DNA of 64,000 nt, taken from Paraphysomonas bandaiensis (Eukaryota > Protista > Chrysophyceae). Below are positions 14,359 to 27,720 of this stretch, piece by piece. The notes under the pieces are model-generated. The model made no database searches. It saw only the letters and a program-made list of their open reading frames with translations, and was not told the DNA's origin. The DNA lies in the NCBI GenBank assembly GCA_965644295.1, contig CBFFRP010000427.1:1-64000 (forward strand), given 5' to 3'. How positions within the stretch are numbered: the stretch's first letter is position 1; each line of letters starts with the position of its first letter. The translations under genes were made by a program, and so were the position numbers.

Positions 14359-14609
14359 ATCTTTACAAAACTTTAGTAAATTAACACCATTTTGCTACTC
14401 TTGTATGGCTACGGCCTACGACATAAACGTATATTTCTTTCGCGTAGACTACATCTAATTGTAAAAGGAAAGGTTGTACTGTTCAAGATGGAGGTTCTAA
14501 TAAAACTACTACTGCTTTACATTGCTATCAATAGCTTCTACTGCAAGAGCTGCAAAAACGTTGATAAAAGGAATTCTAAGGGATATAATTAGGCCATCGA
14601 AATAAAAGA

Positions 14610-15113
14610 AGTTGATTAGCAATAGGTGCAAAGAATCAGCACCAGCTTACTAGCCTGATAGACGTCTACCTGTAACTAACTAGTGTACAAACTCTATTAT
14701 CCTACTATTTAACGCTACGGAAGCTGCTTGTGCCTCACTGCAAGCACCAATGTGCAACCACCTCCTGTCTATCACTCAAAGCAAACGCAATGAGTAAGCA
14801 GAATGTTGATATCCATGGCATCCGCTGACTTCAGGTTTTTGAGTCCTTAAAGTAAACAGCCCGTATGCTTGACTTCAGCAGGCAGTCCAATACCCCGGCT
14901 ACCCTTCAGGTTGGCCCTGTCCCGGATGCTTGTTTATTCGTCAGGGCCCAAAGACGTCTACACAAGTAATACTTACTTGTGTCCCTTGTACCACACAAGC
15001 ATTCGGCTATGAGTAGGCAGAACAATATCTGCTTTATATGTTTGCTGCTCGCGTTAGTTTTCCGAAGAAATATCTCCGGTACTTATCCCCCAGAATACCG
15101 ACTTTGTTGAGGG
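14610..15113 (+). mobile_element. Family X copy (internally deleted)
   Basis: Colinear with 37125-37482 and 54305-54697; ends in CCGACTTTGTTGAGGG. The 5' boundary is approximate. Confidence 0.85.
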
Positions 15114-15414
15114 CAAGTGCCAAGAAACAGGATATAAATCGAAATAGAACAGATTTTCCATTTATATAATAGTGCAGGGAGTATATAAGTATGACATAGC
15201 CCATTACTGTCTATTGATCGAATATATCTGACGGATTGGTTTATAAGTATACAGATACTCTGTGTTTCGTGGAGGTCTACAAGAGGAAAAATACACCGCG
15301 CCACTGCTCTATTCAAAAAAGGAATTTCCGGGTACTCACCATGCTCATTCACAACCACCGCTATAATGCGACCAGAATGCCTCGGGTTATGAATCGAGGT
15401 TTATTGGATTGGTA

Positions 15415-15480
15415 TGTTGGAAATTGCTCATATTAAGGTAGATCACAGAGAGAATTTGTCCTATGCTAGATAGCTTTATC
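15415..15480 (-). repeat. Fragment of a copia-family LTR end
   Basis: TGTTGGAAATTGCTCAT..TAGATCACAGAGAGAATTTGTC matches 53060-53120 and the reverse complement of the copia-1 LTR end. Confidence 0.7.
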
Positions 15481-16971
15481 AGAGAAGTTTTACCACAAAA
15501 ACAACATTACCAGTTCCTAATAGGAAGCTGATCTAAAGGATTAACCTATTGAATGATGACGATACAGGGTTACTTGCTGAGCTAGATCCCTGTATGGCAA
15601 ATCAGTCTCCTTCCTACAGAGAATTGAAGACAAATTTATAATGTCTAGCTAAAAGAGTTGGAGTACGTGTTATTTTCGACGTATTTGGTCAGGAAAATTA
15701 CGATAACTTCTCCGCAAAAGTAAAAGCCTCAAAGAGACAGATAAACAGTACATATGACGCAACGAGTGAACGAATTGACAGTGATGGTAACATTTTTCTT
15801 AAGACAAAGAAAACAAAAAACTTGTTTCTGATGGTAGTAATCTGTAATATGCCTATGACCTATCTATCATCATCCTATCAACTTTTATACTGTATTCTTA
15901 TAATTAATCATTTATTAGCAGTTGAAACACTTCTGGCATTGGTTTCAATAAACAAAACAGCATACAACAATATAAAAAACACTATACCGTGTAGCATCTT
16001 ATGTCATATACAATCATATCATTTACCACTACTAATCTAACAGATAAACAATTTCTCTTGTACAACATAGTATTATACTATATCATATACTTTTACAACA
16101 TTAATATGTTATGATGTAAACACTATATAGCATAATAAACCACCACATCGTTCAGAATTTTTATCACATAGAGCCATATTGGATATCATTACACAACATG
16201 GTACATCATCACTACTTCACTTCAAACATATCATACACATAGCATTATATAATACAACAGTAATCATACGATGTAATATAAACATCATTACATCTACAAC
16301 AAGATAATGAGCCATCATACCGCTCCGAATCTCATATCATATACAATTAGATCATATACCATCACACTGCAGAGTACATCCATCACACTGAATGCATCTC
16401 ATATCATAATATACAGCCCTCTATTCCTTCACCTGCACCACTGGTCATCAGTCTGCATATCTCACAGTTCAAATAATATGATGGGAACATGCTATTACCT
16501 GATATTCAAGCATTCATGTGTGTTAACTGCGTATGGCTGTCTCGTCATATCGCTCTGGATGGGTATGGGTATTATATGGACAATCTTACTGCGTATCCGC
16601 CTATCATACAAAAATTACAACAAGCAATTGGATGAAATGAATCCAGACAGAAATCACGGTTTCCAAGCGTAAAACAACAGAAAAAAAACAAAAACACGAC
16701 TTTTATTGTATAGAATGTGCTGTACAGCAGCAGTATACTGTAGGTTTTCCCAAGCAGTAATATCGTATGCCAATCATCAAATCATGGTTTCGCTGTCCGC
16801 TGTAGTATAATTCTCTGAATTTAACTCACAGCGTAACTCCTTAAAACAACTGCTTTTATTATAATAAAACATCGGCAATAAAGTATCTGTTGTTATTAGC
16901 GACTCTAATGCAGTCCATTTCTTTTGTTATTTCTCTCTTTCAATTCTGTTCGATGTCTTTAGTGTGAAAGT

Positions 16972-19450
16972 ATGAGGGGAAATAAGGTATCGAAAGTGCA
17001 CCCTGGTGAGTCTGAGGATCCGGTTGATAAGTTTGAATCCGATTGGGAGTCATTGCTGAAGGGTGATGTATTTGAGAATGCTATCTCTACGGAACCCCTC
17101 AAAAGGACGTTAACAAATGCATCAGATGAATTCGACACTTCACAACATTCAGTGAATTCAAATTCTGATGATGAAGATTCGGAGAACGGAGATGACACTG
17201 TGCAAAATATGACCGAAAAGCTCAATACGTTGATCCTACAGCTGGACGATTTACGTGGAAACTACTCAACTGAACGCAACGCGAGGAAAAAAATGGAAGT
17301 CACAAATAAGGAATTGATGTTGCAAATTGCAGATCTTGAAGAAGAGAACTCTGAAATGCACGAAGCACTTAAACAGAAGGTGGAATCTTCAAGAAGAACC
17401 TCTGTGGCTGTGTCATCGAGTAGAAGGCCAAATAAACGCGTATCTGCGAGTAGAAATTCGGCAAATAATAGGGAACAGGATATACGTCTTGCCCTAATTG
17501 ATGGAGATGACGAAGATGTTGCTGTCGACTTCAATGATTTTGTTCAGAGCATGAGTGCGTTTAGCAATATAACGAGGTCTCTGTACTCCTTAATGCCATT
17601 CAAAAAAGATGCTCGTGAGGTACAGGCAAGTTTTGGTGGTGCAGTTGCGGCCTACTTTAATTTTTTTCGTTGGATGTAAGTGTTGTTCTTATACTTTCCT
17701 TTGTGCTGATTTGTTATCAAGGCTCTTCAATTTCATCGTGGTAGGGATCATCGGTGTGTTGTTCTCAAGTATTCATATTATAACCATTATATTCCGAGGT
17801 CATAGCTCGGGGTTGCTGACTGGAAACGGTTTTCTCCCGGGGTATATGCAATATTCATCTTTCAACGAGTCTGAAAGGTTTATGTACACGTGCAACGTGA
17901 TAGTTGGAAACGCTGCACTTATCATTCTATGTGTGCGTAAGATAGTAGTAGAGGACAAAATGATGAAACGTTTGGACCTGATTGAAAACGAAAATGACTT
18001 TACTTTCTCGAAGGACATATTTGGAGGGTGGGATCATTCTCTGACGAGTGACACTGAAGTCACTGACTTGCATGGACTTCTTAGTCAGTCATACCGTGAA
18101 AAGTTAGCCGAATTGAAATCAGCTGGACGTAAAATGTCGCGTTCGAATTTACAAATTTTCGAATTGTATTTACGGCGAAGTGCGGGGTGTATAATATACT
18201 TGACTATTCAATTTGCATCGTACACTGCTATTGTGTATCTCACTGTTAAGTCGCAGTCTATTCAAAAGGGGCTCAGTTCTGTCAGTTTCTTAAAATCCCT
18301 ATCTTCTTTGTTGGTTCCAGGTGCGGTTACTGCAATTAATTCGGCGACGCCTAGTATATATAAACTACTAACAGACATCGAATTATGGGATAGTGGCCAG
18401 GTTCAACTCAATGTCCTTCTCTTTCGCATGTACTTGTCCAATATGATGAATCTATTTATACTGGCTGTGTCTTATGCATTACTTGCGGACCCGTTTTTAT
18501 TCGCCGAGGACACAAACAAAGAGCTTCGCAAACAAGTTGAGCATGAGTTTACAGCTGATTACGACTGTCGAATGAATCAAGCATCTGATGGTATGTTTTC
18601 TCTCATCCTCACAGAATTTTTCTTAAATGGAATTGTTTATTTCGCTGTCGGATACGGACCAGTCTTTGTTAGTCGAAATATCATGCCATTTCCAAAGCAG
18701 GAATTCAAAATTGCACAGCGTATGGTTGCTTTATTGTATTTTGTAAGTCTGATGATGCTGACCTTTCCCTTTGCCCCACTATCCGTTGTGCTTTTTCCCT
18801 TTATGCTTGCTGCCCGAATCAAGTGGGAAAAGCATGTTACAATGAAGTTTTATTCGAAACCCCAAACTGTATGGGCTGCTCACAAGGCAGGATCGTTCTT
18901 TGTCATGTTTTATATGGTGTCATTAACTTGTGTCGCTGTACCCGCCGCGTTATATTTCCTATCGAGGAAATCATTCCCAAAAGACTGCGACATACAAGAT
19001 ATTCATATTGGCTTGTGCGATAGTGACGTGAATGCCACAACGCAAGTATGTTCTTTGGATTCTTCTTCGCAATTCTACTCTCTGTACAAAGATTCTTCCT
19101 ATTGTAGAGAAGGATACCCCGCTTGTGTATGCTCCTATTCGTGCGGAGCATTTGTAGGAGATGTAAATGCATTTCGCACATTTCGAAATAGCTTGCGCAG
19201 TATTAAAGCTATTGAGATTATATGGGAATATATATTTCAAAATTCTTATGGGGCTTGGATTCTAGTTTTATTTTTTTACGTCGTGTCTAAAACGAGAAAA
19301 AATACGATATCTGTGAATAACCAGGGCTTCAAAGAGAAGGAGAGGGGTTTAGAAACTCACATTACAGTGCTAGAAAATGAAAAGAAAAAGCATGAGAAAA
19401 TAATTAGTCGATTGAAGTTGATGGAGGGCTCGATTTCTACTACAGATTGA
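16972..19450 (+). CDS. Transmembrane channel-like (TMC) family protein, one intron (17676-17721)
   Basis: VQASFGGAVAAYFNFFRW matches the TMC hallmark FGxxVxSYFxFLRW. Also FGGWD, F(K)IAQRM..LLY, FPFAPL, a SCGAF motif, multiple TM helices and terminal coiled coils. A 46-nt GTAAG..AAG intron joins the two ORFs in frame. Confidence 0.85.
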
Positions 19451-19723
19451 AAAGTTTCGATTACATATGTAGATTTGTGTTTTGACTTGCTCCCAGCATC
19501 AGTTGTTGCATGTCTGCATGGTATGTGGAATATATATATTATATTGAAACTATTATCTATTTTTCTATTATTTTGTATAATATTTAGTGAAGAAAGAGTT
19601 ATTTCCGTTTTGGATTTAAGTAGAGAGGTTGTAATTTGGAGTTGATGGCTGGTTGAATAAATTGGGCCAACCGCTACCCAAGGTAGCAAGCACGCAACCA
19701 TTATCGATAGTACGAAGCAGTAG

Positions 19724-19972
19724 TGAATGTCTGATTATTAGCCATAGGCGTGTAGGAGGTAAGAGTCAAAATTAATGTAGCAAAACAATTTATCCTACTA
19801 TCTAGCGCTACGAAAACCGCTTTTGCGTCACCGCAAGCTCCAAGGTGCAACCACTTTTTCGCTCTCTGTCCTTAAGGTGAACAGCCATAGCCCGGATGTG
19901 TGACTACAGAACTCCGTAGGTAGCCCATTACCCCGGATGCCTATTTATTCGTCAAGGCCTAAAGCCGTCTAC
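19724..19972 (+). mobile_element. Family X copy, deleted and truncated
   Basis: TGAATGTCTGATTATTAGCC start, CCAAGGTGCAACCACT, CTTAAGGTGAACA and CCCGGATGCC-TATTTATTCGTCA modules; interrupted at TAGGGCTGCGTA. Confidence 0.8.
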
Positions 19973-20869
19973 TAGGGCTGCGTATATAGCCTCATACCGG
20001 GGATTGAGGAGAGAGTGGACCTGCACCTTCGGTCCAACAATACACCTACTGCTGGTATGTATCACTATACACGACGACCTCATATACTGCACTTCATTTA
20101 TGTATCTACGTTACAATATCAGAATGATTGATTGCGTAGATTACATAATGCAGAGAAAAGACTGCCACTACGAAAGCTTAGTGCTTCAAAGACATTATTT
20201 CATGTAAGCATTTATCCTGCCGTAAGTTTAAGTGTCGTCGGAAGAAAGAGATGGCCTTGATGCATTGATGGGCACACTGCAGCAGTTGCCAAGAGGAGTC
20301 ATCATTCAGTGCTAGAACAGAGCTTCGTCGTAAGATGAGACCTCCCCGTTGAAACCGAACCGAAAAGTAAAGAAAGAAAGAAGAGCAGGAAAAACTCCTA
20401 CACAGAAAGTCTTTTACTGGAACACGTTCATATATATGGCTTATGAACGTGACAACAACTTCAAAGCTGAAGCCCAGCGCCTCGTGCTTGAGAACCGGAA
20501 GGAGAAGAACAAGCGGAATTCTGCAGAATGCTATTGAAATATAGACAAGAGTAGAGTGTGCATTGTATGTTTGTTGCTCTTCTGTTCAATAATTACGTAA
20601 TTTTAAGTTTATACAATGACTAGCTAGAACTAGCTTGTAGCTCATTCCCGTACATAGCAATCTAACGGGTTAGTTGAGCCTATTTTATACTGAAAATAAT
20701 ATTAATTTGCAATATTAGTCAATAATATAATATCAATACAAATGCAGATAACTATTTATTAGCACTCTAGTAACTCTAGCTAGTTTTAACAAGGAATGCA
20801 CGTCAAAAACGTTTTCTTTACCAAAAGGAATTTTTTCCCACTTTTGTATAATATTGTTTACTTATACCT

Positions 20870-21340
20870 TATTGGTTGTGGAATGCAAGTTCTTCTTGCT
20901 GCGGTAACGAGTGTGCTGGCTAAGACTAAGCCTTGCTCGCTTCCGCTGTCTGCTACCATCAATTAAACGTTGCCCTGCGTCGTCACTCTGAACTAGACTC
21001 TCACTGCCACCATCTTCTTCATCCTCATCGGTATATTTTAATTGGATTCTTTTCTGTCCGAGTTATAGTGCGGCTTTATTGTCACATTGAATCTTCACGA
21101 CTGCCGTTTTGCAAGCAGCATTATGAATTCTAGCAGCATTGTTTCCCAGACGATGTTCGACAATGGGGTGCCTTATGATAAGTTCGTCAAAAAATGTACA
21201 AACGTCGTGGAGTTCAAGCTGGTGTCACCTTCCTTCTGTAATTGTAAAGACACTAGTTGAAACAATTCAAACTCCTCCCGTAATTGCACGAGCTTGACGT
21301 GCTTCATTTCACTTGGTATTAGACTTAACACGTCGGAACC
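20870..21340 (-). pseudogene. hAT-like transposase relic
   Basis: Degenerate translation FELFQLVSLQLQKEG..LHDVCTFFDELIIRHP..TAVVKIQ parallels the relic at 27.2-27.7 kb; contains stops and frameshifts. Confidence 0.55.
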
Positions 21341-21955
21341 AAACTAGCATGATCGCAAATGATTAGATAGAAGCAAGTAGTGGTCAACCATGGCAAATGT
21401 GGGCCCCACCTGGTATCTTGTTAGATTAATGCGCAGAGAAGAACTTTCTTGACCGAGCTTACTAGAACTCTTCAGAGTTCGTAGCTGGTACCAGTTTATC
21501 GCTCATACCGCTAATTCAATAAATAAATTACTATGTTAAATTATCCTATTAATACTATACTATTTCACCAATCATCGATTTTTATCGTAAAATTGGATTT
21601 TCGAAATTGAAATGCCGTTTTTTAACAACTGTGGTATTTTCTTATTAATTAATTGAGGCAAGCTGGAGTCAATTATAATTGCAATTATTATTTGATGTCC
21701 CAATTTCAAACTCGTAAGAAGAAGCAAAATAAAAGAGTCAGATACAAATTTACGTTTAAGTATTTAATTAAAGCTCTGGCCCCAGCTAACAGATCTAGCA
21801 AGGTGCGTCAAGGACCATGAACGTAGTTGCTTAACAAATGTAAAACCATCAGTGATTTCGATTGAAATCTGCACTCACAAACATCTTGAGCGAAACCGGA
21901 AGAGATATATATTAGAGAAATATCAGAAGGAAATAAAACGCTGTATACATACCTC

Positions 21956-24900
21956 TTACTTAGACTTTCCTATTAGCAGTAGTTCAAATAATAATGTATT
22001 ATCGCATGCGTCGAAAAAACGCAACAAGCTTTGGTATCTCATATCCGATGAGACAGGAATTATACGAATTGGAAGTCGAACATAAGATTTCGGTAGAACT
22101 TTGATTTCAGTGTGCGATACAACAAATGGAAGGTCAGGCTCTTGGATAAAAAGCATGACCTATATACTATAACATCAAAACCATAAAACACGCAAGAAAG
22201 CATACCTCTTTGTCCATAGAATTACAAACTACCGCTTTCAATCGCTTCAAACTACCAACGGAAACATCCCCGAAATCAATAATTCGGTCCTTGGGATATA
22301 TTCGTTGACCGGTCTCCATTGTTTTCTTAGTGCTCAAATTGCGTTCTAAAGTCGAACCCCAGGACACTTTGCCTGACAATATCTGACTTTTCCTAATCAA
22401 CCTTGGACTAGTTTGCCGCCCATTACACTCAAAAAATGAAGGTGACACATTATTCGAGTTCCCAGATTTCGTATCAACGAGAGAAATGCGACATACACAA
22501 TTTGAACATATGTGAGTAATACGCAAATAAACGTTTCTCATGTCTAAATAATTTGGTTGTTTTGGGATTTCTACGTTTATTCTAAAGAGACATAGTAAAT
22601 AACTTACATCCATTTAAGGAAAACATACCTAATGTCACTGGTAGGAGAAACAGAATACTGTCCGTTCAGCGGATGAGGAATAACACGCACCACATCACTA
22701 CTACTCTCAACAGAGAGCATCAATGACGCAGTAGTTCTGTTCCGGATAATAACTTCCTTTAATACAAGCACGCCATTGCAGTATGCATCATTGCAAACGA
22801 TAGAAAACATACGGTACACATATTCTCTACAACTAGAAGATTTAACTTCTGACAGGGTTGCTGATAAAAAAAAATTAAAAGAAAAATAAATAAATAAATA
22901 AAACCTCGTGAAATATAAGACGTCGATATCGCTCCATCTGTGTCGGAGGAGTTTGGCGCACTATTTCGATAAGGAAGCGCGATAGGTCTAGCTTTGGCCT
23001 CCCCACGAACCAGCAATATGTATGTCTATCACATAAATTACTTTAAGCCACAGTGATGATTGTAATCACCTTCAACCCATTGCAAACTTCAATCCGACCG
23101 TAATATGTGCCCTCCCAGATAGGAGAAAATATAATTTTTAATTTGGCACATTTTTTTGAAACAGCAGCAATTTCAGTAATATAAACAGAGTCATGTTCTC
23201 CATTGAATTCACTATCGTTAGATTGTACATAAGGCGGGTCGCACTTAACGCATTTCACTGTTGCCGCTAATCTTTTGATTTTTCTGCTTTTCGTTCTGAT
23301 ATACAGCGACGTAGCCGTGGAACTACCTACATCGGATTCTACATCAATTTGCTGTGAATGCTGCACCGAATCATCCATTTCACTGCTAGTTGGAAGGCTT
23401 GGCTGAGTAGCATACGGCGACAGAGACTTCTGAGAGAAAAAAGGGTATTCAGATTCCGCTATCGATGAACGTGACTGGTCAAGTAAAGAAACATGGCCAT
23501 CGGTAGACTGCGATGAAATGGTGATATCACGACGAACCGTTGAAACTACACTCAAAAAGCTCTGATCCAGTTCGTTCGTGTGAGTGGGACGTACATCACC
23601 TTTCACCAAATCACTTATCGTCTCAATATCCCGTACTGCGTCTGTATCGGTATGTGCTTTGCTAGATGTTGCTTGACCACATACCACTTTGTCGTCCAAA
23701 ACTCGCACTAAGGGCTGCTTTTCGTTAGAGATTATGTTGCCTGATATTTGGTTACTCTCAGAAATTTGGTGTGGTAGTCCTGAAAAAGGTATTAATACCA
23801 AAATTGAGTATATAATACGGCCTTACTTTCACGCTTCAAAACTTGCTTTGTAGAGTTTTGATCAATATGCTCAAACTCCAGCGATGTATAATTCGAATTT
23901 TGCATCATATATGGTCGGTTTCCTCCGTCGGTTGCACTACCATCAAATGTTGAGCTGGACGATGACTTTCCAATGGCTGGAAATGATAACGACACTCCAT
24001 TTCCAGCAGTCATGATATCAAAGCCGAGAATATTGTTGTCAAAAACTTGATTGGCAGTGGTTGTGCGACATATATCGTTGTCGACCAATCTACCAGTAGA
24101 AAGCGATGTCGAATCCCTTACATTTGTTAGATCCCGAGGAAGGTCAGACGAATGCTCAGTGCGATGGTTAGTAACGCTCATCCCACATGTGGATCGCTCA
24201 ACACCCAATCGACTTTCACACACAGAACGATTTCTTGCTCCCAAACGATTCAGTACAGAGGAAAAGGACACTTGGTGGGAGATTCCAACGATACCAGGCT
24301 TTCTAGGACTCACTTTAGGACGCATAAATCGATCCCTCAAATGTGATGAGGCAGCACTGCATGCTAATCCACCATCAATTTCATCAACATTGTTAACACT
24401 GCTGGATCTGTTGATCTCTGAATGATATCGTATTACGTACAGGCTATACGGACAAGAGGTCATACCAATACTGTCTTTGTTCTCCTTCGAAGAGTAAGAG
24501 GATTCAGGGGTGCATACACGCATACAATCTGCTTCACTTATCGAACATGGGCTTTCGATAAGACCAGACTTTCTAGGACTCATTTCAGGACGCATAAATC
24601 TATCGCTCATATGTGATGAGGCAGCACTGCATGCTAATCCACCATCAATTTCATCAACATTGTTAACACTGCTGGATCTGTTGATCTCTGAATGATATCG
24701 TATTACGTACAGGCTATACGGACAAGAGGTCATACCAATACTGTCTTTGTTCTCCTTCGAAGAGTAAGAGGATTCAGGGGTGCATACACGCATACAATCT
24801 GCTTCACTTATCGAACATGGGCTTTCGATAAGACCAGACTTTCTAGGACTCATTTCAGGACGCATAAATCTATCGCTCATATGTGATGAGGCAGCACTGC

Positions 24901-25632
24901 ATGCTAATCCACCATCAATTTCATCAACATTGTTAACACTGCTGGATCTGTTGATCTCTGAATGATATCGTATTACGTACAGGCTATACGGACAAGAGGT
25001 CATACCAATACTGTCTTTGTTCTCCTTCGAAGAGTAAGAGGATTCAGGGGTGCATACACGCATACAATCTGCTTCATTTATCGAATATGACATTTACAAG
25101 AGTGAAGAATACTACTTTTACACTCACACTCATCAATTTTATTGTCGAAATTATCATCTTGCAAAGGAGAACCGCTGTTCGCATTTATTTTCATATATTC
25201 CTCAGTTGCATCGAGTGGCTGAGAAATATGTTGCCCTGATAGCACATTTACCCGGACGAAGTGTTGATATCAACTCTTACCTATAGTGTGAATGGGGGAG
25301 GCCGTGTGACATTTTAGTAGAAACGCCTTTTCCTCTTCACCATGAAACGATTTCCTGGAATCTCTGAGAGCAAGACTATTGTCCGATTCCAGTGTCCTAA
25401 AATTAGAGAGGTACTTTTCCTTAATACATACAATCATTTATCAGTTGAGGTACTTTCGTTCTCACACCTTCAGTAACTGTTTGCTGTGATGAGACAGATG
25501 CGTTCGCCTCGGAGTAAAGTCAACAATGGGCACGTTACATCCAGCGTCAGAGTCATCGTCAGATGAAACTATGTCCAAAATATCGCAAAGATCTTGATTT
25601 TCCAAAATCGTTTCGCCTGCAGAATTCGGCAT
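21956..25632 (-). CDS. CEP192/SPD-2-like centrosomal protein with C-terminal ASH/Ig-like domains (multi-exon)
   Basis: C-terminal exons DFGDVSVGSLKRLKAVVCN..PDLPFVVSHTEIKVLPKSYVRLPIRIIP and PPYVQ..KLKIIFSPIWEGTYYG resemble CEP192 terminal domains. Ser-rich disordered N-terminal half. Start (MPNSAGETIL) is inferred. Confidence 0.6.
24291..25087. repeat. Intragenic tandem repeat, 270-bp unit x ~3
   Basis: Near-identical units at period 270 (e.g. 24422/24692/24962), giving a repeated 90-aa block in ORF 23792-25093. Confidence 0.97.
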
Positions 25633-26132
25633 TCTGTCCCCTCAGAAGAGACTCTGAGCTTGTAAATAAGACAACAACACTAAGATTCCTGCAGCGCACT
25701 AGATCTCATGATGTCCCCTACAGTGGATAAATTCTTAACGATGAAAGCCTTTAAATAAACTACAAGCAACAGTGTTCAATGGGAGTTAACTCAAAGACAG
25801 ACAGTCTGCTGTGCTCTCTAGTGGTTAGCTGTGTGCGCGGTGTGCTCCGAATTTGAAATCAGATATACGGTACAGTGGGATACGGTATACTGTGTTGTAC
25901 TGGAGCCGTATTTTGTATGACGACAGTGAGAGACTACTGCAGTATTTCGTGTATTACTCTCACTATATCCGTTACATTGTTTCTTGTGAGAGTAAAACTG
26001 CTGTGCCGGTTGCTCCTCTTGCTACACAGCAGCATGCATACACATGGACCCTCATGAATTACACACACCAGGCCATAGAGTAGCATAGACTCTACACAAC
26101 ATAAAGCTATTGAATAATATTTACTTACCATA

Positions 26133-26915
26133 ATGGCCGACGATGAGGAATCTGGATGCAAGGTGGAGTATATAGACACTCCGGATGGGACTCCTGAAGA
26201 AACGAATTGGATTATGAGAGCTGGAAGGGCTCGCGTGACTTATCCAAACGGCTGCACATTCGAAGGTGGGTGAAATAAGTCTATAACAACTCTATATAAC
26301 ATACAGTAGGCACTTTTGATGCTGAAAGAATAAAACAAGGTCCTGGAGTTTTTGTGTGGATGAAAGCTGGAGAAGAAGATGAAGGACCTATTGAGAAGGC
26401 GAGATATGAAGGAAACTACAAGGATGGCGCTCGAAATGGTGTTGGTAAAATGACGTATCCGAATGGTGACATTTATGAAGGAGAATGGCTTGATAACAAG
26501 GTAATATTTGTCAGACATAGATAAGGTTTTTTTATATATTTCAAAGATGCATGGAGAAGGAACTTATATTTACAAGAAAACGGGTGATATATACAGCGGA
26601 TCCTGGGCGGCTAATGCCAAAAATGGAGAAGGTCGCTATGAATTTGGGGGAGACAGTAGTGTCCTTGTTGGTCACTGGCAAAATGGGCAGATTAACAAAG
26701 GTACATGGGAGCTGAAGGGTGCAGGGAAGTATGATGGCGAGTTCAAACTTGGCAGGCCTATCGGTGATGGTCGCTTTGAATTTCTTAACGGTATTACTCA
26801 AGAAGGTGAATATGTTGAAAGCAAAGATGAAAATGAGGACGACGCTGCTGATGAAGCGGAAGCACCTTCGGCACCAAATGTTTCATGGAAAGGGCAACCT
26901 ATCGTTAGTTTTTAA
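26133..26915 (+). CDS. MORN-repeat protein, radial spoke head 1-like (2 introns)
   Basis: MADDEESG start, MORN repeats (YEGNYKDGARNGVGKMTYPNGDIYEGEW, MHGEGTYIY, YDGEFKLGRPIGDG) and an acidic C-terminal tail. Confidence 0.8.
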
Positions 26916-27169
26916 ACGTCGTAGACGTGACCTGTTAAGGTACTGAGGTAATCAATGACTGATATGCGATTAATAAATATTAAGTAACTCATTATGTACG
27001 TTAGTCGTTATTATTAGGAAATATTATTCAATCTAGTGAAATTTGTGTAAATACCTAGTCAATTTTAGTTTAAAGCGCAAGAACATAAGAGCCTTTAATC
27101 GATGAGGTGCCATAGATTTGCGCAGATCACTCATGTTATTTTTGCTCTACTGAAACGCCTTTCTACACA

Positions 27170-27720
27170 ATTAGTTGTGGAGTAAATATGCTTCAAGCAG
27201 CGGTACTTAGTTGGTTTGGTAGTACGTAGTCGCTTTTGCTCTTGGTGTCTTCTCGCCAGTGAGTCGACACCATCATCCATCATCTTCTCTTTTCTCTTTT
27301 TCATCAGTTATGTCCAACAAAAAACGTTTGAGCTGTGCCTTCTCAGGTCGAGTGAGAGTGTCCTCCAATCCACTTTGGACTTCACAACAGCATTTTCAAA
27401 TGTCTGATTCATAATTATGTCCGCATCCACACCAATGTGATGGCTAGTACTAGGGAATTTCTGATTAAGGTATTGAATAAAAAACGCACATCACTAAGAT
27501 CGGCCTGTTCGGCGCCATCTTTCTGGAGAATCATAGAAACTTTTTCAAATTCTCTAACTCCGCTGTCAAGTGCTCTAATTTAGGATGTGTCACAGCATTA
27601 GGAATTTGTTCGTTGACCTCATTGCCAAAATTGCACCTGCCCAGATCTCCTACCAACTCCAAAAATATGGAACCCCATCGAGTGTCATTCCTCACAAGAG
27701 CACATGACAAGTCATGTTTC
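27170..27720 (-). pseudogene. hAT-like transposase relic
   Basis: Contains NDTRWGS (hAT TRWxS motif) and FEKVSMILQK..LSDVRFLFN..FENAVVK, broken by frameshifts. Confidence 0.65.

Noticed and set aside
16030-16420. ORFs in CATA/ATCAT-rich sequence
   Set aside because: Low-complexity DNA with no protein signature.
24291-25087. CRISPR-like array
   Set aside because: Whole 270-bp units repeat with no unique spacers, the context is eukaryotic coding sequence, and there are no cas genes.
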